The notes under the pieces were generated by a model. That model was not told where the DNA came from and ran no database searches. It saw only the letters and a list, made by a program, of their open reading frames with translations. From a virus, in UHGV virus genome UHGV-0043900: 39,203 nt of DNA; one strand, given 5' to 3'. A program made the translations under genes and the position numbers. Positions 1-7,656 of this stretch are shown here, in pieces; position 1 is the stretch's first letter; every line of letters starts with the position of its first letter.

Positions 1-49
1 ATCAGGCCCGCGATAAACCATCCTGTCTGCCGGAAAACGCGCAACCTGC

Positions 50-2344
50 TCATAAAACCGTTTCATCCTTTGTGACGGACTCGTCGTTCTGAGCATCTTC
101 CACGTCTGCCGTAAATGCGCCGTCCACTGCCGACAACCGAATCCGGGCAACCGCCGTATTCGCCGCCATTTTCTGCAACAGCAGCAGGGAGAGCGGCGGC
201 AGCATATTGCCGTCGATGACCGATTCCAGCATCCTCGCGCCGTTTTCCGCGCGGGTGACGCGGCTCATGATTTCGTCCGTCACTTCCGGTTCTATAATCA
301 CCTCCGCGCCAAAGCGGCTGCGCAGCACGTTATCCAGGCGGGCCAGTTTCCCGGCAATGATGGTGGCGAGCGTCTCTTTCGACAGCGGCAGGTACGGCAC
401 CACTTCCATACGCGCCAGCAGGGCAGGTTTGAAGAAGTCGGCCAGCACCGGATACAGTACTTCCTGCATGGTTTCCGGGTCATCGGCATGCTCGACTATT
501 ACCTGGTAGCCGAGGTTGGACGTCAGGAAGAAGACGATATTTTTGCAGTCAATCAGGCGGCCTTCACCGTCTGCCATTTCGCCCTTATCGAACGCCTGGT
601 AGAACAGGTTGAGCACATCCGGGTGCGCTTTTTCCACTTCATCGAGCAGTACTACCGAGTAGGGTTTCTGGCGAATCGCTTCGGTCAGTACGCCGCCTTC
701 ACCGTAGCCAACGTAGCCCGGAGGCGAACCAATCAGTCGCGAGACGGTATGTTTCTCCTGGAACTCGGACATATTGATGGTGGTCAGGTACTGGCGACCG
801 CCGTAGAGCAGCTCTGCCAGTTGCAGGACGGTTTCAGTTTTACCCACGCCGCTGGGGCCAGCCAGCAGGAACGCGCCCAGCGGGCGTCCCGGACGGCGCA
901 GGTCGGCGCGTGCGGTCAGCAGGTGTTTGTGCAGGCTGGCAATCGCCAGGTCCTGGCCTTTGATGGTGTCGCCGAGCCATTTTGGCAGGTCGGTGATGAC
1001 CGACATTTCATTCTGCGACAGGCGGTTAAGCGGCACGCCGGTCCATTCGGCAATCACCGCCGCAATCTGTTTTTTATCGACGTGCGGGGAAACCAGCAAC
1101 CGGTCGTTATGCAGGGCGTCCAGTTCGGCAGTGAGATGTGCCAGACGTTGTACCGGGGAAACTGTTTCAGCGGTCTCTTCCGGCTGTTCTCTGTCGGCCT
1201 CATCAGCCGGTACGGCACCGGTATTATCCTGTTCTGACTCTGACTCTGGCTGCGTATCCTCCACGGTATCTGCGTCCGGCAACGGCGCCGCATCGTCCTC
1301 TGCCACGCCCAGTAACTGCTGGCGCAGCGCAATAATCTCCCGGACCAGCGTCTGCTGCTGGTGCCAGGCCGCTTCCAGTTCATCCAGCGCCGTCAGCGTT
1401 TCATCATACTGCACCAGCACCTCGGTCATCCGTGATGTGTCGGTACGCAGTCCGATGCGAAGCTCGCGCTCAAGCTGGCGAATTTCCGCCTCCTGCTGGT
1501 GGCTCAGAGTGGTCAGCGCCGAGATTTGCTTCGGCGGCGACGACAGGTTGATGGCCACACGGGCGCAGGCGGTATCCAGCACATCAATCGCTTTGTCCGG
1601 TAACTGACGCCCGGAGAGATAACGCTCGCTTAATGTCGCAGCGGCCTGCAAGGCGTCATCATCAATCAGCACGCCGTGAGACTGTTCATAGACCGCCGAC
1701 AGACCGCGCAGAATAATGGTGGCTTCGGCAGCGTTGGGTTCGCTGACCTTCACCAACTGGAAGCGGCGCGACAGGGCGGCATCTTTTTCGAAGTATTTTT
1801 TGTACTCGCTCCAGGTGGTGGCGGCGATGGTTTTCAGCTCGCCGCGCGCCAGCGCCGGTTTGAGCAGGTTGGAGATATCCAGCCCGCCCTGCTGGTTGCC
1901 CGCGCCAATCAGGGTATGTGCTTCGTCGATAAACAGAATGACCGGCACCGGGGAGGAAATGACCTCCGCCATCAGCCCTTTGAAACGTTTTTCGAATTCA
2001 CCCTTCACCGACGCCCCGGCCTGCAATGCGCCCAGGTCAAGGGTCATGATATCGGTGTTTTTCAGCTTGTCCGGCACCTGGCCTGCCACGATGCGCAGCG
2101 CCAGCCCTTCAATCAGTGCGCTTTTGCCCACGCCCGCTTCGCCCACCACCACCGGGTTGTTTTTACGGCGGCGGCAGAGAATGTCGATCATCAGGTCGAT
2201 TTCGTGGTCGCGGCACAGTACCGGGTCAAGCCTGCCGTTACGGGCGTCTGCGGTCATGTTTTTGGCATAGCGGGCAAGCAGGGTGTCAGAGGCGTCCGTC
2301 ATTGTGCCTGCGCCTTTACCGTCTGCATCCGGCTGATCAGACAT
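50..2344 (-). pseudogene. tssH: T6SS AAA+ ATPase ClpV/TssH, C-terminal ~760 codons; gene split by prophage insertion (host sequence ends ~2333)
   Basis: 764-aa ORF with two AAA+ modules (Walker A GEAGVGKS and GPSGVGKT) and ClpV-type motif FYQAFDKGEMADGEGR. It lacks the Clp N-domain, which lies at 38666-39153 on the same strand. First codons ATG-TCT-GAT are supplied by the prophage left end, with no obvious RBS. Confidence 0.85.
2328..2333. repeat. Target-site duplication, left copy (TCCGGC; 5 or 6 bp, ambiguous by one base)
   Basis: TCCGGC immediately precedes the TG terminus and recurs immediately after the CA terminus at 38666-38671. Both copies sit in the same clpV codon phase (CCG GAT). 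Confidence 0.5.
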
Positions 2345-2379
2345 GAGATAAATGAAGGGGGATCCGTGAGATAAATAAC
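2334..2379 (+). repeat. Prophage left terminal sequence with two putative transposase-binding sites
   Basis: TGATCAGACAT followed by GAGATAAAT at 2345-2353 and GAGATAAATAAC at 2368-2379, 23 bp apart. The right end carries the same arrangement in inverted orientation. Confidence 0.6.
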
Positions 2380-2456
2380 GAATTGGAGTGGGTTAACATG
2401 GGTTCTGGTGAACAGAACTGAAATTCTTTTTCGCTATACGATAGATAAGTCGGACA

Positions 2457-2486
2457 TTGAAATCATCCTTTCTGGCAACTTAGAAT
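2457..2486 (+). promoter_or_regulatory. Candidate sigma70-type promoter reading inward from the left end
   Basis: TTGAAA, 18-bp spacer, TAGAAT, about 45 nt upstream of the 2530 ATG. By-eye match only. Confidence 0.3.
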
Positions 2487-2529
2487 CGAGTTTGCTGAAA
2501 CATGACCCGTAACAAAAAGGATGATTCCA

Positions 2530-2691
2530 ATGACTACTCAAAACAATAAGCATGACAGCCTTGATTACTCAGAAAGGCCCAAAAGCAAGCACATCGTGAC
2601 GTTCGAGCGCGATTCCGGTAGAAAAGGAGAATCGTCTTCCTCTGCCAATAAAACCACTATGCCGGCAGCCCCTGCTCCAGGGAAAAAATAA
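2530..2691 (+). CDS. Small hydrophilic protein (53 aa), unknown function; below the ORF-track size cut-off
   Basis: ATG at 2530 preceded by AAGGA at a 9-nt spacing and a candidate promoter. Ends 3 nt from the stop of the convergent 2695-3327 gene. No recognisable motif. Confidence 0.3.
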   Translation: MTTQNNKHDSLDYSERPKSKHIVTFERDSGRKGESSSSANKTTMPAAPAPGKK

Positions 2692-2694
2692 ACA

Positions 2695-3327
2695 TCATTC
2701 ATCGTTCGTTGCACGAACGCGCCTGATCTCCACTCTGGCAATCTGATCTGCTGGAATATAGGTTGCCAGAGCTCCCCAGTACTTATCAACCACGCCTTTA
2801 TACTCTTCCCATTCGTTACTGCCTGAAGGGCTGCTGTGCGTGACGTAAAGAACCATATCGCCTTTATTCCCCAGGGTAAACGGACCGTTAGGCCACTCTT
2901 CAAAGTTCCCTGGCAGTCGTGACATCATACCGGAACCATCGCGAAGAATCACTCTGACCTCGGTAACGCTGAAGCCTGTTTGATCAAACATTGCCTGCCA
3001 TGCTGAGCTGGTATCGTCAGACCATGAAATATCATTATTCCACAGTAATCTGTACATCCATTTGCGACCGTACCTGCGCCACCACGCACCGCATGTAACG
3101 GCACACAGAAGTGCTGGTGGTGTTGCCAGCCAGGCATTCAGACCTGCCCACATAACTGCCTGGTAAGCCATCATTGCTGTCAGGCCAAAAATCAGCGAAG
3201 AAAAAGTCACCTCAATGGGCTTGTGGTGATCCTTCAGTCCCACATTCGCAATAAAATACCCAATATAGCCACTGGTCAGGGTCACCAGTGTTGCCCATGG
3301 CAGATTTAACAACGAAACGTCAAACAT
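2695..3327 (-). CDS. Membrane protein (three predicted TM helices plus ~110-aa soluble C-terminal domain), unknown function; last gene of the early arm
   Basis: ORF 2695-3405 with start reassigned to the ATG at 3327 (MFDVSLL...), preceded by AGGGAG. Hydrophobic segments LPWATLVTLTSGYIGYFIANVGL, IEVTFSSLIFGLTAMMAYQAVMWAGL and WLATPPALLCAVTCGAWW. No family recognised. Confidence 0.6.
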   Translation of the reverse strand: MFDVSLLNLPWATLVTLTSGYIGYFIANVGLKDHHKPIEVTFSSLIFGLTAMMAYQAVMWAGLNAWLATPPALLCAVTCGAWWRRYGRKWMYRLLWNNDISWSDDTSSAWQAMFDQTGFSVTEVRVILRDGSGMMSRLPGNFEEWPNGPFTLGNKGDMVLYVTHSSPSGSNEWEEYKGVVDKYWGALATYIPADQIARVEIRRVRATNDE

Positions 3328-3441
3328 ATTTTCTCCCTGCATCCTGAATACTAAAGAAAGAGCATAAAAAAAGCACGGTAAGGGGTCTACCGTGCTTTTA
3401 TACAATAAAGAGATTTTTGAAAGGACTTTAACAAGCAGGAA

Positions 3442-3840
3442 TTATCTGGATTTGTTAACGTCTTTCGTCTCCTCTGGCAGATCTTCATCAAACAACCTGC
3501 CCTGCATCCGATCCAGTTCTTCTTTTCTGACCCGCTTAACCACGCTGTAGACCCACTGAAGCGAAACACCAAACTTGCGGGCCAGTTCGTGGTGGTTGCG
3601 TCCGTTAAACTCCCTGAAGATTTCCCGGTCGCGCTGACTGACCTTCCATACCATGCCCATCGGGAAATAAACGTTTTGCCCGCCCCAGACCTGCATCATT
3701 CGGTTCGCGACGGCCTGACCAATCTGGTCGGCAATTGCGGGCTCAATATCAATAATCTCGCGAACGGTCTCAGAGGTATGCTGTGCCAGTTCCACCAGGA
3801 GTTCCGGCCCTTTACTTCGAAACTGATTCAGGTCGCTCAT
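3442..3840 (-). CDS. mor: Mor/C-family transcriptional activator (middle/late gene activator)
   Basis: 132 aa; C-terminal HTH region REIFREFNGRNHHELARKFGVSLQWVYSVVKRVR matches the Mor pattern; sits directly after the GemA-like gene as in Mu. Confidence 0.7.
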   Translation of the reverse strand: MSDLNQFRSKGPELLVELAQHTSETVREIIDIEPAIADQIGQAVANRMMQVWGGQNVYFPMGMVWKVSQRDREIFREFNGRNHHELARKFGVSLQWVYSVVKRVRKEELDRMQGRLFDEDLPEETKDVNKSR

Positions 3841-4264
3841 GTTTTACTCCCGCAGCTCTGCGCTGCCACTTCTTCAGTTTCTCAATAACACTGCTTGCCT
3901 GTTCAGTACTGAGCCAGCGCAGGGCGCTGATGCCCGTTTCCCGCTTGATCCACCGCGCTAATGCATTTTCTGAACGGTCACGAACAATGCCGGCAGCAGC
4001 CATTTCAAGCCATAGCGCACGGATTTTCCTGGACTGCGGATGGTTATCCAGCTGTAAACCGGAGCTGGCTTTTCCGGCAGGCTTAACGCGAAAGCCTTTC
4101 CTTTTCATGGATTCCAGCACGCAGTTTAGTTGTGTGGTATCCATTCCTTTGGTTGAGGCTTTACCGGTCAGCCCCTCTAACATCTGGCGGTAGGTGTCTT
4201 CATCCATACCCAGTTCATTACGGGCAATATGAATGAGCTGGATAAGACGTTGTTTAGTCATCAT
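3812..4264 (-). CDS. gemA: GemA-like protein (Mu gp16 / DUF1018 family)
   Basis: Motifs LIQLIHIARNELGMDEDTYRQML, KIRALWLEMAAAGIVRD and ALRWL...IEKLKKW typical of Mu gp16. Start set at ATG-ATG 4264 with AAAGGAG RBS. Confidence 0.75.
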   Translation of the reverse strand: MMTKQRLIQLIHIARNELGMDEDTYRQMLEGLTGKASTKGMDTTQLNCVLESMKRKGFRVKPAGKASSGLQLDNHPQSRKIRALWLEMAAAGIVRDRSENALARWIKRETGISALRWLSTEQASSVIEKLKKWQRRAAGVKHERPESVSK

Positions 4265-4469
4265 CGTTGCTCCTTTTACCTGCGCCACCGATATAATCGA
4301 CATATAAAGGAAGCGCCACAGGCCAGCACAGGAACATCACCGACCAGCTAATCCAGTAGCCGGCACCACTGTAACGTGAATAAAACCCTGAACGGCGCTG
4401 CAGTTCAGCAGTACACCAACCGACAAAACAATACCAGAACAGGGCACATACAACAGATTCAGCCGTCAT
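4254..4469 (-). CDS. Small membrane protein (~71 aa), unknown function
   Basis: Internal start of ORF 4254-4625 (MTAESVVCALFWYCFVGW...); two hydrophobic segments; short overlap with the upstream gene. Confidence 0.4.
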   Translation of the reverse strand: MTAESVVCALFWYCFVGWCTAELQRRSGFYSRYSGAGYWISWSVMFLCWPVALPLYVDYIGGAGKRSNDDD

Positions 4470-4689
4470 TCTGAATATCCCCCCAACTGATATGAATATT
4501 ACGGGCAGCAATGACTGGGTCGTTATTCCACCATGCACCTGACATATATTTTTCAACCTGTTCGCGTCCGGCAATAACACCAATTGTGATCCCCGGCCTG
4601 ACGTTCTTAAAAAAGGCGCGGGCAAAAAGGTATCTGGCAGATATTCGGCAGGCTTTTAATTTCCGGCTGTTACCTGATAACGTCATCAT
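4459..4689 (-). CDS. Hypothetical early protein (76 aa)
   Basis: ORF in the early operon with start overlapping the stop of the upstream gene (ATGA at 4686-4689). Confidence 0.4.
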   Translation of the reverse strand: MMTLSGNSRKLKACRISARYLFARAFFKNVRPGITIGVIAGREQVEKYMSGAWWNNDPVIAARNIHISWGDIQNDG

Positions 4690-5369
4690 CTGGCCTCCAG
4701 TTTCTGCTGTTCCCGCCCACTGACCGGTCGGTGCAGTCTGACGTTCTGCCCTTCTCGAAACCCCGCATAGCGCGAGGTGTCGCCATTGCGACTTCTTCCC
4801 GGTTTACGCGCCCTGGTGGTTTGCGTCTGCGGGTATTTATGTTCCAGCCACTGCTGCATCAGTTCACGTTCGTCATCGGTCAGGGCGAAGGACTGTATTT
4901 CACTGATAACGGCCAGCACCCAGCCTTCAGCAAACTGGTCTCCACGGCTGGTGCGGGTGGCGGTTTTTATTCTTTTGTTCTGTGTACTGATATACTGCTG
5001 ACGCGCCTTTTTCAGCTGACGGGCCAGCACTTCCCAGGTGTACGCAGCCAGTGCGGCCCGTTCCCGGTTGCCGTAGAACCCCACACCCGGATATGTGCCG
5101 GGGTGAATGATGGAGTTAACACCAAATGCCTCGCGGATGATGTTCATCAGGCCCAGCATGTAGCGCGGCGGACGGAGGCTGCCTGTCGGCCAGTAGTGAC
5201 TGATGGTTTCATCAATATCACTCATGGCGATGTCGGAATGTGTGATGCCGTGAACATCCATCAGTTTACGGGCGCGGCGCAGTGCCAGAGCAGCCTCATG
5301 CGGGTTGCCGGATGCTGCCAGCGCCAGCAACTTTTTCAGTTTCTCAATGTGCTTATCCTGGTCTGTCAT
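4686..5369 (-). CDS. Early protein with DUF2786-like N-terminus
   Basis: 227 aa; N-terminus KHIEKLKKLLALAASGNPHEAALALRRARKLMDVHGIT resembles the DUF2786 helical motif common in phage early regions. Recalled family, not searched. Confidence 0.5.
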   Translation of the reverse strand: MTDQDKHIEKLKKLLALAASGNPHEAALALRRARKLMDVHGITHSDIAMSDIDETISHYWPTGSLRPPRYMLGLMNIIREAFGVNSIIHPGTYPGVGFYGNRERAALAAYTWEVLARQLKKARQQYISTQNKRIKTATRTSRGDQFAEGWVLAVISEIQSFALTDDERELMQQWLEHKYPQTQTTRARKPGRSRNGDTSRYAGFREGQNVRLHRPVSGREQQKLEAR

Positions 5370-5566
5370 TGTTCAGTATCTCCGGTATTTTTTTGCTGTT
5401 CCCATGCCCGAACAGCGTCGGACAGCTCTTTCAGGCTGTATGCTGCTTTAAGCTTTACCCACAACCACTGCGTCACCACGTGGGTCAGCAGGGCAACCAG
5501 GGCGAATCCGGCGCAGATGCACACGGCTATACCAGTAAGCAGGAAAGCCCATACCACAATTTCCAT
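5366..5566 (-). CDS. Small single-pass membrane protein (~66 aa)
   Basis: Internal start of ORF 5366-5803 (MEIVVWAFLLTGIAVCICAGFALVALL...); the long upstream extension of that ORF overlaps the neighbouring gene in another frame. Confidence 0.4.
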   Translation of the reverse strand: MEIVVWAFLLTGIAVCICAGFALVALLTHVVTQWLWVKLKAAYSLKELSDAVRAWEQQKNTGDTEQ

Positions 5567-5573
5567 AATGGTG

Positions 5574-5957
5574 TCAGTCACCGGTACCTCCTGTGGTGGT
5601 CTGGTCAGGTGCGGCGTGTGTCCTGTGGTATTTCCTGAACCAGTGGTACAGGGCAGCCAGTTTTCTGTCGATAACTTCAGTTTCCCTGTTGAAGTATTCC
5701 TGTGCCTCTTTCTCCTCTTGCGGCGGCAGTTCGCCCGGCCCACACAGGGTGTTGTAAATCCACGCCATGCCGTTCCTGGCATCACCGGTGGCCCGCCACT
5801 CAATCACTGCAGCTTTCATGACAACCAGATTGCGCCCGAAGTACAGGTCCACCTCTTCAAATCTCTTGCGCAGGTATTCGTTTTCGTCTTCCAGTACCCG
5901 AATACGCTGTGCAACATCTTCAGGCGTCAGTTGTGGCGTCTGTTCAGTGCAGTTCAT
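5574..5957 (-). CDS. Hypothetical early protein (127 aa), predicted helical
   Basis: ORF in early operon; start overlaps the stop of the upstream gene. Confidence 0.5.
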   Translation of the reverse strand: MNCTEQTPQLTPEDVAQRIRVLEDENEYLRKRFEEVDLYFGRNLVVMKAAVIEWRATGDARNGMAWIYNTLCGPGELPPQEEKEAQEYFNRETEVIDRKLAALYHWFRKYHRTHAAPDQTTTGGTGD

Positions 5958-6256
5958 ATGATTTCTCCGGTGTATGTGACGCCCAGCCGTGCGGCAAGGC
6001 GTTCCAGTTTTTTCTGTTTGTGGAAGTCAATCAGTCGGTCCATCCCCTGAAGGCGCAACTGCTCTGTCATGATTTCCACGTCTGCCAGTTCTGCCGCGAG
6101 GTCACTTTCGCTGCCCTGTCCGTTCAGGTTGCGGGCAGCACAGGCTGCCAGTTCAGCGGCCTCTTCTGTCAGTTTCAGTGACTGTGCATCCGGCCCGAAA
6201 CGCTGCAGGGCCAGACGATAGAGGGCGGTGCGTGTGCGTATGGTGTTACGTGTCAT
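5954..6256 (-). CDS. Possible MazG-like nucleotide pyrophosphohydrolase (small all-helical NTP-PPase fold)
   Basis: 100 aa with pattern LKLTEEAAELAACAARN...SDLAAELADVEIMTEQL resembling the EExxE...ExxD...D metal-binding helices of MazG-like proteins. Motif-level only. Confidence 0.45.
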   Translation of the reverse strand: MTRNTIRTRTALYRLALQRFGPDAQSLKLTEEAAELAACAARNLNGQGSESDLAAELADVEIMTEQLRLQGMDRLIDFHKQKKLERLAARLGVTYTGEII

Positions 6257-6265
6257 GCCGCGCCC

Positions 6266-6538
6266 TCAGTGCTTCCGATCGACGGTGATGTTCAGGTTGC
6301 CTTCTGCAGTGGTTTCCATCCGGTACGGCACTTCGTGCTGTGCCGTATGGGTGAGTGTGTTCACCAGTACCTGCAGGGCAGCCTCCTTTCCGTTGGTCGC
6401 CACAATGGCCTGAGCGGCCATGCTGATTAGCGCCGTCAGGACGTGCTTCACATCAGTGAGGTCGCGGCATTCACACTCGTTGACATAGTGTTCAACAAGG
6501 AGTCGGGTGCGCTGTCGTGCTTCCTGTGGGGTAATCAT
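6266..6538 (-). CDS. Hypothetical early protein (90 aa)
   Basis: ORF in early operon with 4-nt start/stop overlap with the upstream gene. Confidence 0.5.
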   Translation of the reverse strand: MITPQEARQRTRLLVEHYVNECECRDLTDVKHVLTALISMAAQAIVATNGKEAALQVLVNTLTHTAQHEVPYRMETTAEGNLNITVDRKH

Positions 6539-6729
6539 TGCGCGTCCTCCCTGTCAGGGCGGGAGAATTCCATGACGGGCACGTCCGCCGAAAAATGCTG
6601 GCTGCAGTACGGACAGACCAGGGTGACACGTACTGCAGGTACGTGGTACTTACCGGACATCACGGCGATGGCGCTGTGAAAACGCAGGGCTGTTATATCC
6701 CTCTCGCACTGAATACATTTAAATATCAT
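6535..6729 (-). CDS. Small zinc-ribbon protein (CxxC...CxxC)
   Basis: 64 aa with Cys pairs C5/C8 and C39/C42 (KCIQCERD ... CPYCSQHF). Confidence 0.45.
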   Translation of the reverse strand: MIFKCIQCERDITALRFHSAIAVMSGKYHVPAVRVTLVCPYCSQHFSADVPVMEFSRPDREDAQ

Positions 6730-6826
6730 GATTTAATTCTCCTCTGTTTCCGGCGTGCAGAAGCCCACGGCGCTGACGCCGGAATAAAAAAGAAAATGTT
6801 TTTATTAAATAATTAACGTGGTGTGT

Positions 6827-7357
6827 TTACTGCACATCCTGTTCAAAAGGAATTATTGAAAAATCCTCAATATCGCTTTTTATGGTAATACCGGGAATAT
6901 TTTTCACAGCCTCTTTTTCATTCAGGATAGCGTCTTTATTTATTTCCTCTTTTACACGAATAAAGCGCTCAAGCCCCAGACGTCTCAGTAGTTCAATAAC
7001 ATTATCCGCCCCGCGAATGCTGACTGACGGTGGACGGTTTCGCCACTGCACCTCGCCAGTGGTGAGGTTAGCGAACTTCACCTTCCCGTTGCCGGTCAGT
7101 TCGTCACGGTGCGCCTCACACCATGTCTGGATACCGGACTGCAGTTCGGCCATGCGTTTTTTCAGGCTCTCGGTGAGCGGGGCATAACGAGCGGTGATAT
7201 CGCCAATGGCGTCATTCATTTCTGTTTCAGCCCTGACCAGTTCACGTTGTGCGTCACCGAGCAGTCTGATTCCCTCAATGACCTCTTCACGTGTCCCCGG
7301 CACCCAGAGTGCTGCTGCGGCCTTGATACGTTTTGCCCCTTTTGTACTTTTTGCCAT
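6827..7357 (-). CDS. gam: Gam-like host-nuclease inhibitor (Mu Gam / Ku-like DNA-end-binding protein)
   Basis: 176 aa, near-colinear with Mu Gam: KRIKAAAALWVP, GKVKFANLTTGEVQWRNRPPSVSIRG, GLERFIRVKEEINKDAIL, DFSIIPFEQ. Strong RBS AGGAGG. Confidence 0.85.
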   Translation of the reverse strand: MAKSTKGAKRIKAAAALWVPGTREEVIEGIRLLGDAQRELVRAETEMNDAIGDITARYAPLTESLKKRMAELQSGIQTWCEAHRDELTGNGKVKFANLTTGEVQWRNRPPSVSIRGADNVIELLRRLGLERFIRVKEEINKDAILNEKEAVKNIPGITIKSDIEDFSIIPFEQDVQ

Positions 7358-7384
7358 ATTTTATGACTCCTCCTGTTGTGCTGA

Positions 7385-7654
7385 TTACCACAGAGATTCC
7401 GGCCACACGACGCGACAGCCGTGCAGTTCGAAAACGCCCTGACGGAAATGTCCCCTGTGGTCATGACCGGTATACAGATAACTGGCTTTCCCCTGCTCAA
7501 GCATGCGCATGCAATGCGCACTCCTGGAAACGCGAATGACAGGTTTGTTACCCCTGATGGTGATGCTTTGTACATCCGTGTTCGTCGCCTTAAGCGCCAT
7601 AATGGCTGACAGCACTTTGCTGATTTGCTGGTTGATACCTGTGGTGGATTTCAT
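7385..7654 (-). CDS. Hypothetical early protein (89 aa) directly downstream of B
   Basis: ORF with AAGGGG RBS; occupies the position of kil-type genes in Mu-like phages. No motif recognised. Confidence 0.5.
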   Translation of the reverse strand: MKSTTGINQQISKVLSAIMALKATNTDVQSITIRGNKPVIRVSRSAHCMRMLEQGKASYLYTGHDHRGHFRQGVFELHGCRVVWPESLW

Positions 7655-7656
7655 TA

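Noticed and set aside
50-2344. Alternative identity of the split gene as ClpB rather than ClpV
   Set aside because: The FYQAFDKGEMADGEGR-type motif and the compact N-domain fit ClpV/TssH better than ClpB. It cannot be fully excluded without a database search, and the insertion finding holds either way.
207-2374. Several plus-strand ORFs (207-509, 488-1237, 927-1607, 1676-2374, 1716-2270) inside the clpV coding region
   Set aside because: They are antisense to a well-supported AAA+ gene and show low-complexity Arg/Ser/Ala-rich translations typical of spurious ORFs in GC-rich DNA.
2565-2903. 112-aa minus-strand ORF overlapping the 3' end of the 2695-3327 membrane-protein gene
   Set aside because: Overlaps the better-supported gene by ~200 bp in another frame and also the plus-strand 2530-2691 small ORF, which has promoter and RBS support.
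4731-6050. 439-aa plus-strand ORF across the early region
   Set aside because: Antisense to five compact minus-strand genes with RBS and overlapping stop/start coupling; Cys/Arg/Ser-rich junk-like translation.
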